From Spirochaetia bacterium (lineage in GTDB: Bacteria > Spirochaetota > Spirochaetia > DSM-2461): a stretch of 64,000 nucleotides of DNA. The number at the start of each line of letters is the position of its first letter. Position 1 is the first letter of the stretch. The stretch spans positions 2,592,001 through 2,656,000 of the forward strand of contig CAXXIA010000002.1 in assembly GCA_963666985.2 (NCBI GenBank), given 5' to 3'. The position numbers and the translations under genes were made by a program. Of the stretch, positions 30,763 through 39,509 are shown one piece after another. The notes beneath the pieces were generated by a model, which saw only the letters and a program-made list of their open reading frames with translations, did not search any database and had not been told where the DNA came from.

Positions 30763-32109
30763 ATGAAAAAAAGATTTTTAGTTTTGTTTCTTTGCGTTGC
30801 GGCTGTTGGAAATCTGATGGCCGGAGGCGGTTCGGAAGCCGATAAGGCCGGCGACGGAAGGGTGAAGGTGATCTATTCATACTGGGGAACACCCGATGAA
30901 GCGAAAACCGTTCAGGTTGTCGCGGATAAATTTAATTCCACACAAGACCGGATTGCAGTTGAAATCATGGCCATACCGCATGAATCGTATGTGACAAAAC
31001 TGAACACCATGGCTACGGCGAAGGAACTGCCCGACTGCGGCATAATGAGTGAAGCGGGAGTTCTGCAGTTTGCCGAGAATGGACTTCTTGCCGATATCTC
31101 CGGCATGTACGGCAAGGGCGATTCCAGACCTCTGGAGAGTTTGGCTTTTAAGTATAAAGGTGCTCCCGTGGCCTATTCCGTGGCGAATGAAGTTCTGCTG
31201 CTTTACTACAATAAGGATATGTTTGACGCGGCCGGAGTTCCTTATCCGCCCGCGAATGCGGAAAACGCCTGGAACTGGGATGAGTTTGTCAATGCGGCAA
31301 AACTCCTGACTCTTGATGCGAACGGAAACAACGCGAAATCTTCCCAATTTAATTCAAACAACATTGTTCAATACGGCTGTATGGTGGACAACCTGACATG
31401 GCAGCTTGAAGTCTGGTGCCTTAGCAACGGCAGCGGTTTCTATAGTGAAGACGGATCGGAAGTCACCATTAATGAGCCTGCGGCGATTGACGCATTGCAG
31501 AATATTGCCGATTTGCATCTGGTTCATCATGTGGCTCCGCTTTCAACGGGCGTCTTGGACGACGGTATGCAGCGCTCCCTTATCGCCGGAACCTGCGCCA
31601 TGGCCACCGGCGGGGCTTGGAACGTCGGCACATGCCTTGGAACGGCTCGGGAGGAAGGACTGAATTACGGCGTCGCCGTTTTGCCTTATATGAAGAAAAA
31701 GGTGACCATCTGTACGGGCGGTCCCAATGTCGTTTTCAGTCAGACGAAGAATGCGGCCGAGGCTATGGAATGGATTAAGTGGTATGCTCAAGAGGAAAAC
31801 AGCTGGTCTTTGATTGAAAGCGGTATCTGGATGCCCATTTTGGAGAAATGGTACACGGATGAAAAACTCACTCATAAGTGGGTGGATAATCCGAATTTTC
31901 CGCCGTATGAGGAATACAAAAGCGCCGTTGTCGATTACGCCATGGGCTATGCAAAGTCCACTTCCTGGTACTATGTCAACAATACCGTGGATTTCAACGC
32001 GCTTCTCCGTTCCGTTCTGGGTGAAGTTTGGACCGGGAATCAAAGTGTGAAAGAAGCCGTGGAAGACGGTTATGACGCACTGGTGGCCGCTTACAAAGGG
32101 AACGGCTGA
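30763..32109 (+). CDS. Carbohydrate ABC transporter solute-binding protein (CUT1)
   Basis: Signal MKKRFL...AGGGSE, LYYNKDMFDAAG motif; start downstream of AAGGAG. Confidence 0.92.
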   Translation: MKKRFLVLFLCVAAVGNLMAGGGSEADKAGDGRVKVIYSYWGTPDEAKTVQVVADKFNSTQDRIAVEIMAIPHESYVTKLNTMATAKELPDCGIMSEAGVLQFAENGLLADISGMYGKGDSRPLESLAFKYKGAPVAYSVANEVLLLYYNKDMFDAAGVPYPPANAENAWNWDEFVNAAKLLTLDANGNNAKSSQFNSNNIVQYGCMVDNLTWQLEVWCLSNGSGFYSEDGSEVTINEPAAIDALQNIADLHLVHHVAPLSTGVLDDGMQRSLIAGTCAMATGGAWNVGTCLGTAREEGLNYGVAVLPYMKKKVTICTGGPNVVFSQTKNAAEAMEWIKWYAQEENSWSLIESGIWMPILEKWYTDEKLTHKWVDNPNFPPYEEYKSAVVDYAMGYAKSTSWYYVNNTVDFNALLRSVLGEVWTGNQSVKEAVEDGYDALVAAYKGNG

Positions 32110-32165
32110 TTTGAAACCGGCGGAGGCCGCCGTAACTCTTTAAATCGGCCGACTCCGACAGTAAA

Positions 32166-32194
32166 GGAAAGCGTCCGTAATCGGGGCGCTTTCC
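32166..32194 (+). terminator. Stem-loop after the SBP gene (attenuating or stabilising)
   Basis: GGAAAGCGTCCG-TAAT-CGGGGCGCTTTCC followed by a T-rich tract. Confidence 0.55.
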
Positions 32195-32228
32195 CATTTT
32201 TGTTTTAAATCGGAAGGATTGATTCTTT

Positions 32229-33152
32229 ATGCAGCCATCACCCCAAAGAGAAAAACGTAAAAACCCGATGCTGAAAACGGAAGCGCGCGCCGCCTATATC
32301 TGTTTGATCCCATCGATTATCGGTTTGATTTTCATTACGTATTTGCCGCTGATCAGCGTGTTTATTCTGGGATTTTTCAAGCTGGGCAAGGGGGCGCCCA
32401 CCCCTGTGTTCATCGGATTGGATAATTACATCCGGCTTTTTACCGCCGATCCGTATTTCATGGATTCGGTGAAAGCCACCATCTATTTTTCCATAATCGC
32501 CGTTATCGGCAGTATGATTTATTCCTTGTGCATCGCGATGCTTTTAAATCGGAGAATCCCCGCCCGCGGTTTTTTTCGTGCCGTATTCTATTTGCCTTAT
32601 GTTCTGCCGGCCATGGCCGTCTACATCGGATGGTCGTGGCTTTATGAATCGAACTTCGGCCTTTTTAATTTTATTCTCTCCGGGCTCGGTCTGCACAAGG
32701 TTCGCTTCATCGCCGATTCCAAGCTGGTTATTCCTTCTCTGGCCGTTATAGCGGTATGGCTCTCGGGAAATCTCATCGTGATTTTTCTTGCGGGTTTGCA
32801 GAACGTTCCCAAGGTTTATCATGACGCGGCGCAGATTGACGGCGCGAACGGCTGGCAGCGTTTTTGTCATGTAACCATTCCCTGCATGACTCCCATCATT
32901 TTTTACAATTTGTTAATGGCCCTGATTACCAATATGCAGGTTGTAACGCCCGCCCTGGCTCTGACCAGCGGCGGTCCGGGGAATTCCTCCTGTTTTCTCA
33001 CCTATCTGATGTACCGGTATGCGTTTGAAAGCAATCAATTGGGATACGCCGGCGCGATTTCATTTGTGTTCTTTATCATCATCGCCATTTTTACGGCGAT
33101 TCTTTTTGCGACAAGCAAGAGCTGGATTTTTTATGAAGGGGACGATGCCTGA
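32229..33152 (+). CDS. Carbohydrate ABC transporter permease
   Basis: EAA-type loop DAAQIDGA; multiple TM segments. Confidence 0.94.
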   Translation: MQPSPQREKRKNPMLKTEARAAYICLIPSIIGLIFITYLPLISVFILGFFKLGKGAPTPVFIGLDNYIRLFTADPYFMDSVKATIYFSIIAVIGSMIYSLCIAMLLNRRIPARGFFRAVFYLPYVLPAMAVYIGWSWLYESNFGLFNFILSGLGLHKVRFIADSKLVIPSLAVIAVWLSGNLIVIFLAGLQNVPKVYHDAAQIDGANGWQRFCHVTIPCMTPIIFYNLLMALITNMQVVTPALALTSGGPGNSSCFLTYLMYRYAFESNQLGYAGAISFVFFIIIAIFTAILFATSKSWIFYEGDDA

Positions 33153-34027
33153 TGTCGATAAAACACTCTCCGCGTAATGTCTTTCAAAGTTCCCGCCGGC
33201 GGGAAATCATCGGGAATTCCATCGCCTTGGCCGTTCTTGTTTTTCTCAGTGCTTTGGTGCTGCTGCCCATCTGGTGGATGTTTCGTTCCAGCCTGATGAC
33301 CAACGCGGAGCTCTATGCCTATCCGCCGGCGCTTTTCCCGAGCCGATGGCTGTTTAAGAATTATTCGGCAACGATGGATTACTTTCCCTTCTGGAAATAT
33401 CTTAAGAACACCATGACGATTATTGTTCCGTCCGTTTTGGGAGGAACGATTACGGCCACCATGGGCGGCTATGCTTTCGCCCGGCTGCGTTTTCGGGGGA
33501 AAAATTTTCTGTTTGTTCTCTGTATCGGTTCCATGCTGCTGCCCTTCATGGTCATGCTGGTTCCCTTGTACATCATGTGGACTCGAGGATTGCATGTTAT
33601 CGATTCGTATCTGCCGCTGATCGTTCCGCATTTCTGCGGAGGAGGGGCGTTTAATATTTTTCTGATACGGCAGTTCATCAAAACAATCCCCCGTGAGCTG
33701 GATGAAGCGGCCACAATCGACGGAGCGGGGCCCTTTCGTATTCTGATCAGCATTATAGTCCCCGCCATCAAAGCCGCCATGATTGTTATTGCCCTGCTTT
33801 TATTTATTTGGCTGTGGAACGATTTGCTTCAGCAGATCGTCTATATCAATTCGGTGGATAAATTTACAATTGCCTTGGGGCTCTCGCAGTTCAAAGGATC
33901 TCTCGGTTCCGATTGGTCAAAAATCATGTGCGCCACTTGTATGTCCTTCGTGCCCGGAATCATTTTTTATCTGATCGGTCAGAAATACTTCATCGAAGGC
34001 ATTGTAATGACCGGATTAAAGAATTAG
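33152..34027 (+). CDS. Carbohydrate ABC transporter permease
   Basis: ELDEAATIDGA loop; TGATG coupling. Confidence 0.94.
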   Translation: MSIKHSPRNVFQSSRRREIIGNSIALAVLVFLSALVLLPIWWMFRSSLMTNAELYAYPPALFPSRWLFKNYSATMDYFPFWKYLKNTMTIIVPSVLGGTITATMGGYAFARLRFRGKNFLFVLCIGSMLLPFMVMLVPLYIMWTRGLHVIDSYLPLIVPHFCGGGAFNIFLIRQFIKTIPRELDEAATIDGAGPFRILISIIVPAIKAAMIVIALLLFIWLWNDLLQQIVYINSVDKFTIALGLSQFKGSLGSDWSKIMCATCMSFVPGIIFYLIGQKYFIEGIVMTGLKN

Positions 34028-34192
34028 TCATATGAGGCTTATATCCGACGGCCGAACCCCTCCGAACTTGTTTGGAAGGACGTTGTTTCAAAAGTCATTG
34101 ATTTTTGAGATTTCCTCACAGAATTGAAAATAGGAAAATGTAACGGATTTTCTTGTTCGCTTTTGGGAGGTCATTTATAATAGTCCTTCTTA

Positions 34193-35542
34193 ATGAAGGG
34201 CTATACGCGGAATAAAAATCGATTTCAGGAACTGAGACGGAAAAAACACAGAATCCCGGAGACTTCCATCGTTAAACGATATGGGTGGGAACTGGTTTAT
34301 TTCTATATCTCCTTTATCGTCATCACATATGTTTTGACGTTCTTCGGAGCCGGTTCCATTGTTGATGAATCTTCGCCGTCCGCCATTTTGGAGCAAACCT
34401 TTCCGATCTTTTTTACAATATCGCTTCTTCTCAGCGCGCTGCTGTTTTTCTCCAAGTCGAATTTTACCACACTCATACTCATTCTGTTCCGATTCTATTT
34501 AATCGCCATTCAAGGCTACGGAGTGGGAAGTTTTTTCTTTCTGAAACTTCTACTGGGGCTGGGCCTGCTGTTCGAGGCCGTTTTCTTTTTTCAAAGTCCT
34601 TATAATTTCATTTCCGCGTTTCCTCTTATCGCGGGGCTTTTGGCCGTACAAATCTATAATCCTTTTCTCGGCCATTATGCTCAAGAATCTCGTGAGATTT
34701 TTGCTTCATGGCACGAATTGACCGTTTTGGCCTTTGTTTGGGTTTTTTGCGCCGTTCTTCTGGGATTTGTAACGGAAATGGCGCAGAACAGTGAAGAATA
34801 CAAGCGGCATTTTTCCATTCAGAACAAAGGCATGCAGCTCTTAACGGACCTGAACATCGATCTTCAATCTTACGCCCGGAAGATCGATCATGAATCCTCC
34901 GAACGGGAGAGAAACAGGATAAGCCGGGAGCTTCATGATATCTCGGGTTATATTTTCACCAACCTTATCGTCATGCTTGATGCCGCCTGCAGCATTCCTC
35001 CGGAGAATTTCAACGAATTGTCCGATCTTCTCATCGCGGCTCGAAAGGAAGCCCGGCAGGGCTTGAAAGAAACCAGATCGGCCCTGCAAAAGATTCGAGC
35101 GGTTCAATTTCCGGAAGACGAGGGCTTGAGAGCCATAAATAAGATTATTGCGAATTTTCAGAATGTAACGGGTATCGGGGTGGATGTTTCTTGGGGAAAC
35201 GCGCCCTCCACGTTTTCTCCGGAGATTAATTTTATTCTTTACAGGACCGTACAGGAGGCGCTGACGAATTCCTTCAAGCATGGATTGGCCACGGAAGTTT
35301 CCATCCATTTTCTTATCCGCGAGGGGACTCTGAGGGTCAGTATTTCGGATAACGGGAAAGGTGCGAATCAAATCGTCAAGGGAATCGGTTTAACGGGAAT
35401 GGATGAAAGGATCGGTGCCTTGGGAGGGAGCGTACAGGCTTTCGCCGATTCCGGTAAGGGCTTCACTCTTTTGGCGCAAATTCCCCTTGAGCGAAAAGAA
35501 AGTCCGCCTTCGGACGCGAAAGCCGGTATACTGAAAGCATGA
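34193..35542 (+). CDS. Membrane sensor histidine kinase (HisKA_3, NarX/DesK-like)
   Basis: ERNRISRELHD, QEALTNSFKH, DNGKG, GIGLTGMDER. Confidence 0.93.
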   Translation: MKGYTRNKNRFQELRRKKHRIPETSIVKRYGWELVYFYISFIVITYVLTFFGAGSIVDESSPSAILEQTFPIFFTISLLLSALLFFSKSNFTTLILILFRFYLIAIQGYGVGSFFFLKLLLGLGLLFEAVFFFQSPYNFISAFPLIAGLLAVQIYNPFLGHYAQESREIFASWHELTVLAFVWVFCAVLLGFVTEMAQNSEEYKRHFSIQNKGMQLLTDLNIDLQSYARKIDHESSERERNRISRELHDISGYIFTNLIVMLDAACSIPPENFNELSDLLIAARKEARQGLKETRSALQKIRAVQFPEDEGLRAINKIIANFQNVTGIGVDVSWGNAPSTFSPEINFILYRTVQEALTNSFKHGLATEVSIHFLIREGTLRVSISDNGKGANQIVKGIGLTGMDERIGALGGSVQAFADSGKGFTLLAQIPLERKESPPSDAKAGILKA

Positions 35543-36204
35543 ACGGGATTTCCGTCCTTATCGTTGACGATCAGAATCTGTTCGCCGAAAGCCTTAAGAT
35601 GTCGATTCATAATTATACGAACGATATCAAAGTCGTCGGTATCGCTTCCCACGGCCGGGAAGCGCTGGAACTGCACTCTTCCCTGAAGCCTTCGGTGATT
35701 CTCATGGATGTCCGCATGCCGGTTATGGATGGAGTGGAGGCCGTCAGACTTTTAAAGAGTGAGGATTCTTCTGTAAGAATTATCATGCTTTCAACCTATG
35801 ATGAAGACGGCTATGTACGGGAAGCTTTATCGTACGGAGCGGACGGCTATCTGCTGAAAGACATCTCTCCGACGGAATTGATTGCCAGCATCCGGGCTTT
35901 GAACAGCGGGATAACTCAAATTTCCCCCAAGATCATCAATAAACTGATTACGAATCTTCATGAAGATGAAAAACCCGTTTTCTCCCAACTGAGCGAAAAA
36001 TTGGAATGGATGGAGAAATTGACAAAAAGAGAACGGGAGATTTTTACACTGATTGCGACCGGATGCGACAACGACCAAATCGCCCGGGAACTCTGTATTT
36101 CCGAAGGTACGGTTCGAAACCATGTGAGCATGATTTATTCAAAACTGAACGTTGAAAACAGGCTTCAGATTATCCGTTTGGCCAATCAGATCCGTTATCA
36201 TTGA
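35539..36204 (+). CDS. NarL/LuxR-family response regulator
   Basis: Receiver domain (VDD, LMDVRMP) plus LTKREREI...TVRNHVS HTH. Confidence 0.95.
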   Translation: MNGISVLIVDDQNLFAESLKMSIHNYTNDIKVVGIASHGREALELHSSLKPSVILMDVRMPVMDGVEAVRLLKSEDSSVRIIMLSTYDEDGYVREALSYGADGYLLKDISPTELIASIRALNSGITQISPKIINKLITNLHEDEKPVFSQLSEKLEWMEKLTKREREIFTLIATGCDNDQIARELCISEGTVRNHVSMIYSKLNVENRLQIIRLANQIRYH

Positions 36205-36211
36205 ACAACCA

Positions 36212-36225
36212 GTGACAAATGTCAC
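36212..36225. promoter_or_regulatory. Palindrome GTGACA-AA-TGTCAC, candidate response-regulator site
   Basis: Perfect 6-2-6 inverted repeat ~140 bp upstream of the SBP start. Confidence 0.5.
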
Positions 36226-36362
36226 GCATCCCAAACGCCAATCGTGATTTTTGTTTGTTTCGTTCGATACCCGCCGAAGTCATACTTCCATACATAAGTA
36301 TTAGCAAAGGTTCCCCCGCCGAAGGAAACGGTCGGCCGGAGGACCGAATGAAGGAGAGTCTT

Positions 36363-37679
36363 ATGAAAAAAGGATTGGTTGTATTGTCCTTGGTTTTGGC
36401 GGTCCTTATGGTCTTTACCGTAGGCTGTAAGAAAGAAGCCGCTGAGAAAGCCGAGGCTCCGGGAAAGGGCGGGAAACTGACCGTTTGGTGCTGGGACCCG
36501 AACTTCAACGGTTATTCCATGAAAGAAGCGGCTAAGGCATACGCGGAAGTCAATCCCGATGCCGTTGTCGAAGTCGTGGACATTCCGGAAAACATCGAAG
36601 GCAAAATCGAAGCCGGTCTGCAGGCCGGGGGAGCCGGACTGCCGGATATCGCGCTGTTCCAGGACTATGTTATCGAAAGATTCCTGCAGAACTATCCCGG
36701 TTCTTTCGTTGATTTAAAGGCGGAAGGAATCGATTTCAACCAATTCGCCCAGTATAAAGTCGGCCCGATGAGTCAGAACGGCAAGGTTTTCGGCATCCCG
36801 TTCGATACGGGTTCCACAGGTCTTTTCCTCAGAACCGACATTTTGCAGGAAGCCGGAATTAATCCTGATGATTACAATAAGGCCATGACCTGGAGCGAAG
36901 TTATCGCTTTGGGTGATAAAGTCAAAGCCGCGACGGGCAAGGCTCTTATCGTATACGACAATACCAGTTTCGATTTTCTCAGGATCATGGTTCAATCCAC
37001 AGGCTCTCAATTCTTCGCTCCGAATGGAGATATTCAGTACAATACTCCCGCTACAAAGAAATCCATCGAATACCTGAAGAAAATGAATGATAAGGGCCTT
37101 CTGTACATGACCGAAGGCTGGAACAACTGGCTCGCGGGTTTCAACGGCGGGGAAGGCGGCGGAATGCTCACCGCCATCTGGATTATCGGAACAGTGAAAT
37201 CAAAGCCGGAGAATGCCGGGAAGTGGATGGTCGTTCCCACGCCTTTAGTTGAAGGCGTCGACGGAGCCCGTAATGCGGGAAATAACGGCGGATCGTCCTG
37301 GTACGTTTTCTCCTCGAGCAAGAATAAAGATCTGGCGGTTGATTTCCTTAAAAATACATGGGCAAGCGACTCTCCGAGGGCCATCGAATTCTACAACACC
37401 ATCCTCAAAGGAGCCGGCGCCATGGGAACCTTCCTTCCCTGCCGGAGCGGATCCAATTACACCGCCAATGACGATTTCTTCTACAAGAACCAGGCCGTGT
37501 ACAAGGATTTTGCCAAGTGGATGGAAGATGTCCCCACTCTTCTGTATACACCGAATTACATGACCATGCGGCAGGCGCTGAATAATGCGCTTCAAGGCAT
37601 GTATGCCGGCAAATATAACTCGGCCGATCAAGTTATTGCCGCCGCGGAAGCGGAGTACAAGCAGCTTCGAGGCGAATAA
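36363..37679 (+). CDS. Carbohydrate ABC solute-binding lipoprotein (lactose/galactoside-type)
   Basis: Lipobox TVGC, TVWCWDPNFN, PFDTG, NNGGSSW; start downstream of AAGGAG. Confidence 0.92.
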   Translation: MKKGLVVLSLVLAVLMVFTVGCKKEAAEKAEAPGKGGKLTVWCWDPNFNGYSMKEAAKAYAEVNPDAVVEVVDIPENIEGKIEAGLQAGGAGLPDIALFQDYVIERFLQNYPGSFVDLKAEGIDFNQFAQYKVGPMSQNGKVFGIPFDTGSTGLFLRTDILQEAGINPDDYNKAMTWSEVIALGDKVKAATGKALIVYDNTSFDFLRIMVQSTGSQFFAPNGDIQYNTPATKKSIEYLKKMNDKGLLYMTEGWNNWLAGFNGGEGGGMLTAIWIIGTVKSKPENAGKWMVVPTPLVEGVDGARNAGNNGGSSWYVFSSSKNKDLAVDFLKNTWASDSPRAIEFYNTILKGAGAMGTFLPCRSGSNYTANDDFFYKNQAVYKDFAKWMEDVPTLLYTPNYMTMRQALNNALQGMYAGKYNSADQVIAAAEAEYKQLRGE

Positions 37680-37692
37680 GCATTACATAATC

Positions 37693-37733
37693 CCGGGCTT
37701 CTTCATTATGAATAAAAGAAGCCCGGTCTTTTT
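37693..37733 (+). terminator. Stem-loop after the SBP gene
   Basis: CCGGGCTTCTT...AAGAAGCCCGG followed by TCTTTTT. Confidence 0.6.
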
Positions 37734-37783
37734 ATTATCCCCGAGCCTCATTTCTCGGGGAAATTATACACAGGGGCTGATTC

Positions 37784-38671
37784 ATGACGAGATTGAATTC
37801 CTATCATCGGTATCTCAATAAGATAGGATGGATTTATATTCTTCCCGCGCTACTTTTTTTCTTGGTCTTCATGGTATATCCCGTCCTCTCATCTCTTTTA
37901 CTGGTAACGCAGAAATGGCAGGGCTTAAGCCGGCAGTTCGTCGGTCTGGGGAATTTCGTGAGGATGTGGCACGATAAGATTTTCTGGAAGGCCCTGGGGC
38001 ATAATTTCCTTTTCATGATTATTCAAATCCCCATTATGATTGCCTTGGCCATGGTTCTCGCGGTGATTCTGAATCAGGGAATTACGCGAATGCGGAGCGT
38101 TTTCAGAACCATCTATTTTCTTCCCTGCGTTACCTCCCTGGTGGCCTATTCGGTCCTTTTTCGGATTCTTTTGCAGTCCAGCGGCCTTTTGAATAATTTC
38201 ATGATTTCTTCGCATGTTATTTCGCAGGCCATTGGATGGCTGAACGATCCCTTCTGGGCGAAAATGACAATTATCATCGCCCTCACTTGGAGATGGACGG
38301 GATACAACATGGTTTTTTTCCTGGTGGGACTCCAAAATATCGATCCGCAGATTTTTGAAGCGGCCGAAGTGGACGGGGCTTCCAGGGTGCGGCAGTTTTT
38401 CAGGATTACCCTGCCTCTGCTGGTTCCCGTTATTCTGTTTTCTCTGGTTACGTCCACCAACGGCACCATGCAGCTTTTTGATGAACCGAATGTGCTGACT
38501 TGGGAGGGCGGACCTTCCAACGGCACGATGACGGTGGCTTTGTACGTTTACCGTCAGGCTTTCGTGCTGAATTCCGATTTCGGATACGCCGCCGCCATTT
38601 CCTATGTCATGGTTATGATTACCGGACTTTTGGCGTATCTGCAGATTAAATTCGTTAGGGAGCGTTCCTGA
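37784..38671 (+). CDS. Carbohydrate ABC transporter permease
   Basis: TWRWTGYNM and EAAEVDGA motifs. Confidence 0.94.
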   Translation: MTRLNSYHRYLNKIGWIYILPALLFFLVFMVYPVLSSLLLVTQKWQGLSRQFVGLGNFVRMWHDKIFWKALGHNFLFMIIQIPIMIALAMVLAVILNQGITRMRSVFRTIYFLPCVTSLVAYSVLFRILLQSSGLLNNFMISSHVISQAIGWLNDPFWAKMTIIIALTWRWTGYNMVFFLVGLQNIDPQIFEAAEVDGASRVRQFFRITLPLLVPVILFSLVTSTNGTMQLFDEPNVLTWEGGPSNGTMTVALYVYRQAFVLNSDFGYAAAISYVMVMITGLLAYLQIKFVRERS

Positions 38672-39495
38672 TGGGCACCGTAAGAAAAAAAATCACGCCG
38701 GGACGTATCCTTATCGTTGTTTTTCTGCTTCTGGGCGCCGCTATTTCGGTTTTCCCTTTTATATGGATGCTTATCGGAACAACGCAAAATCCCAATGATG
38801 TGGTAACCGGACGTCTTGTGCCCGGAAAAGAGTTCGCCCTTAACTGGGAGAAAATGACGACGACGTACGACATCCTCCGTTTCTTCTTCAACTCCGTGAA
38901 GATTGCCCTCGGAACGGTGTTTCTGGGGCTCCTGATAAACAGTCTGGCCGCGTTCGGCTTCGAGAAGTACCCCTCGAAAGCCCGGAACAGGATTTTCGGA
39001 ATTATGATGCTGGCGCTGATTATGCCGCAGATGGCCATTGTTATTCCGCTTTTTAAGCAGATCGCCTTTATGCGGCTTCTGGATCGGCATATAGCCATTA
39101 TTCTTCCCATGGTGATGTCGATATTCATCATCTTTTTTCTTCGCCAGAATTTTAAAATGTTCCCAACCGAGATTATGGAAGCCGCCCGGGTCGACGGTGC
39201 CGGAGAAGGCCGAATTTTCTTCAGTATCGTCGTTCCTTCCATGAAGGCAACTTTCGCATCCGCGAGTATTTATATGTTTCTGCAGCAATGGAACAGCTAC
39301 CTCTGGCCCCTGATGACCATTCTCAGCGAGGAGAAGAAAACTTTGCCCATCGCCATGTCGTCCATGATGAGGGCTTATACCATTGAATACGGAGGATTGA
39401 TGCTGTTGGTCTGTATTTCAACCTTCCCCGTTCTTTTCCTCTTTTTGGCCATGCAGCGTCAGTTCGTCCAGGGTCTTACGGGTTCGATTAAGTAA
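38671..39495 (+). CDS. Carbohydrate ABC transporter permease
   Basis: EAARVDGA and WNSYLWP motifs. Confidence 0.94.
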   Translation: MGTVRKKITPGRILIVVFLLLGAAISVFPFIWMLIGTTQNPNDVVTGRLVPGKEFALNWEKMTTTYDILRFFFNSVKIALGTVFLGLLINSLAAFGFEKYPSKARNRIFGIMMLALIMPQMAIVIPLFKQIAFMRLLDRHIAIILPMVMSIFIIFFLRQNFKMFPTEIMEAARVDGAGEGRIFFSIVVPSMKATFASASIYMFLQQWNSYLWPLMTILSEEKKTLPIAMSSMMRAYTIEYGGLMLLVCISTFPVLFLFLAMQRQFVQGLTGSIK

Positions 39496-39509
39496 CGCAG
39501 GGAGAAAAA

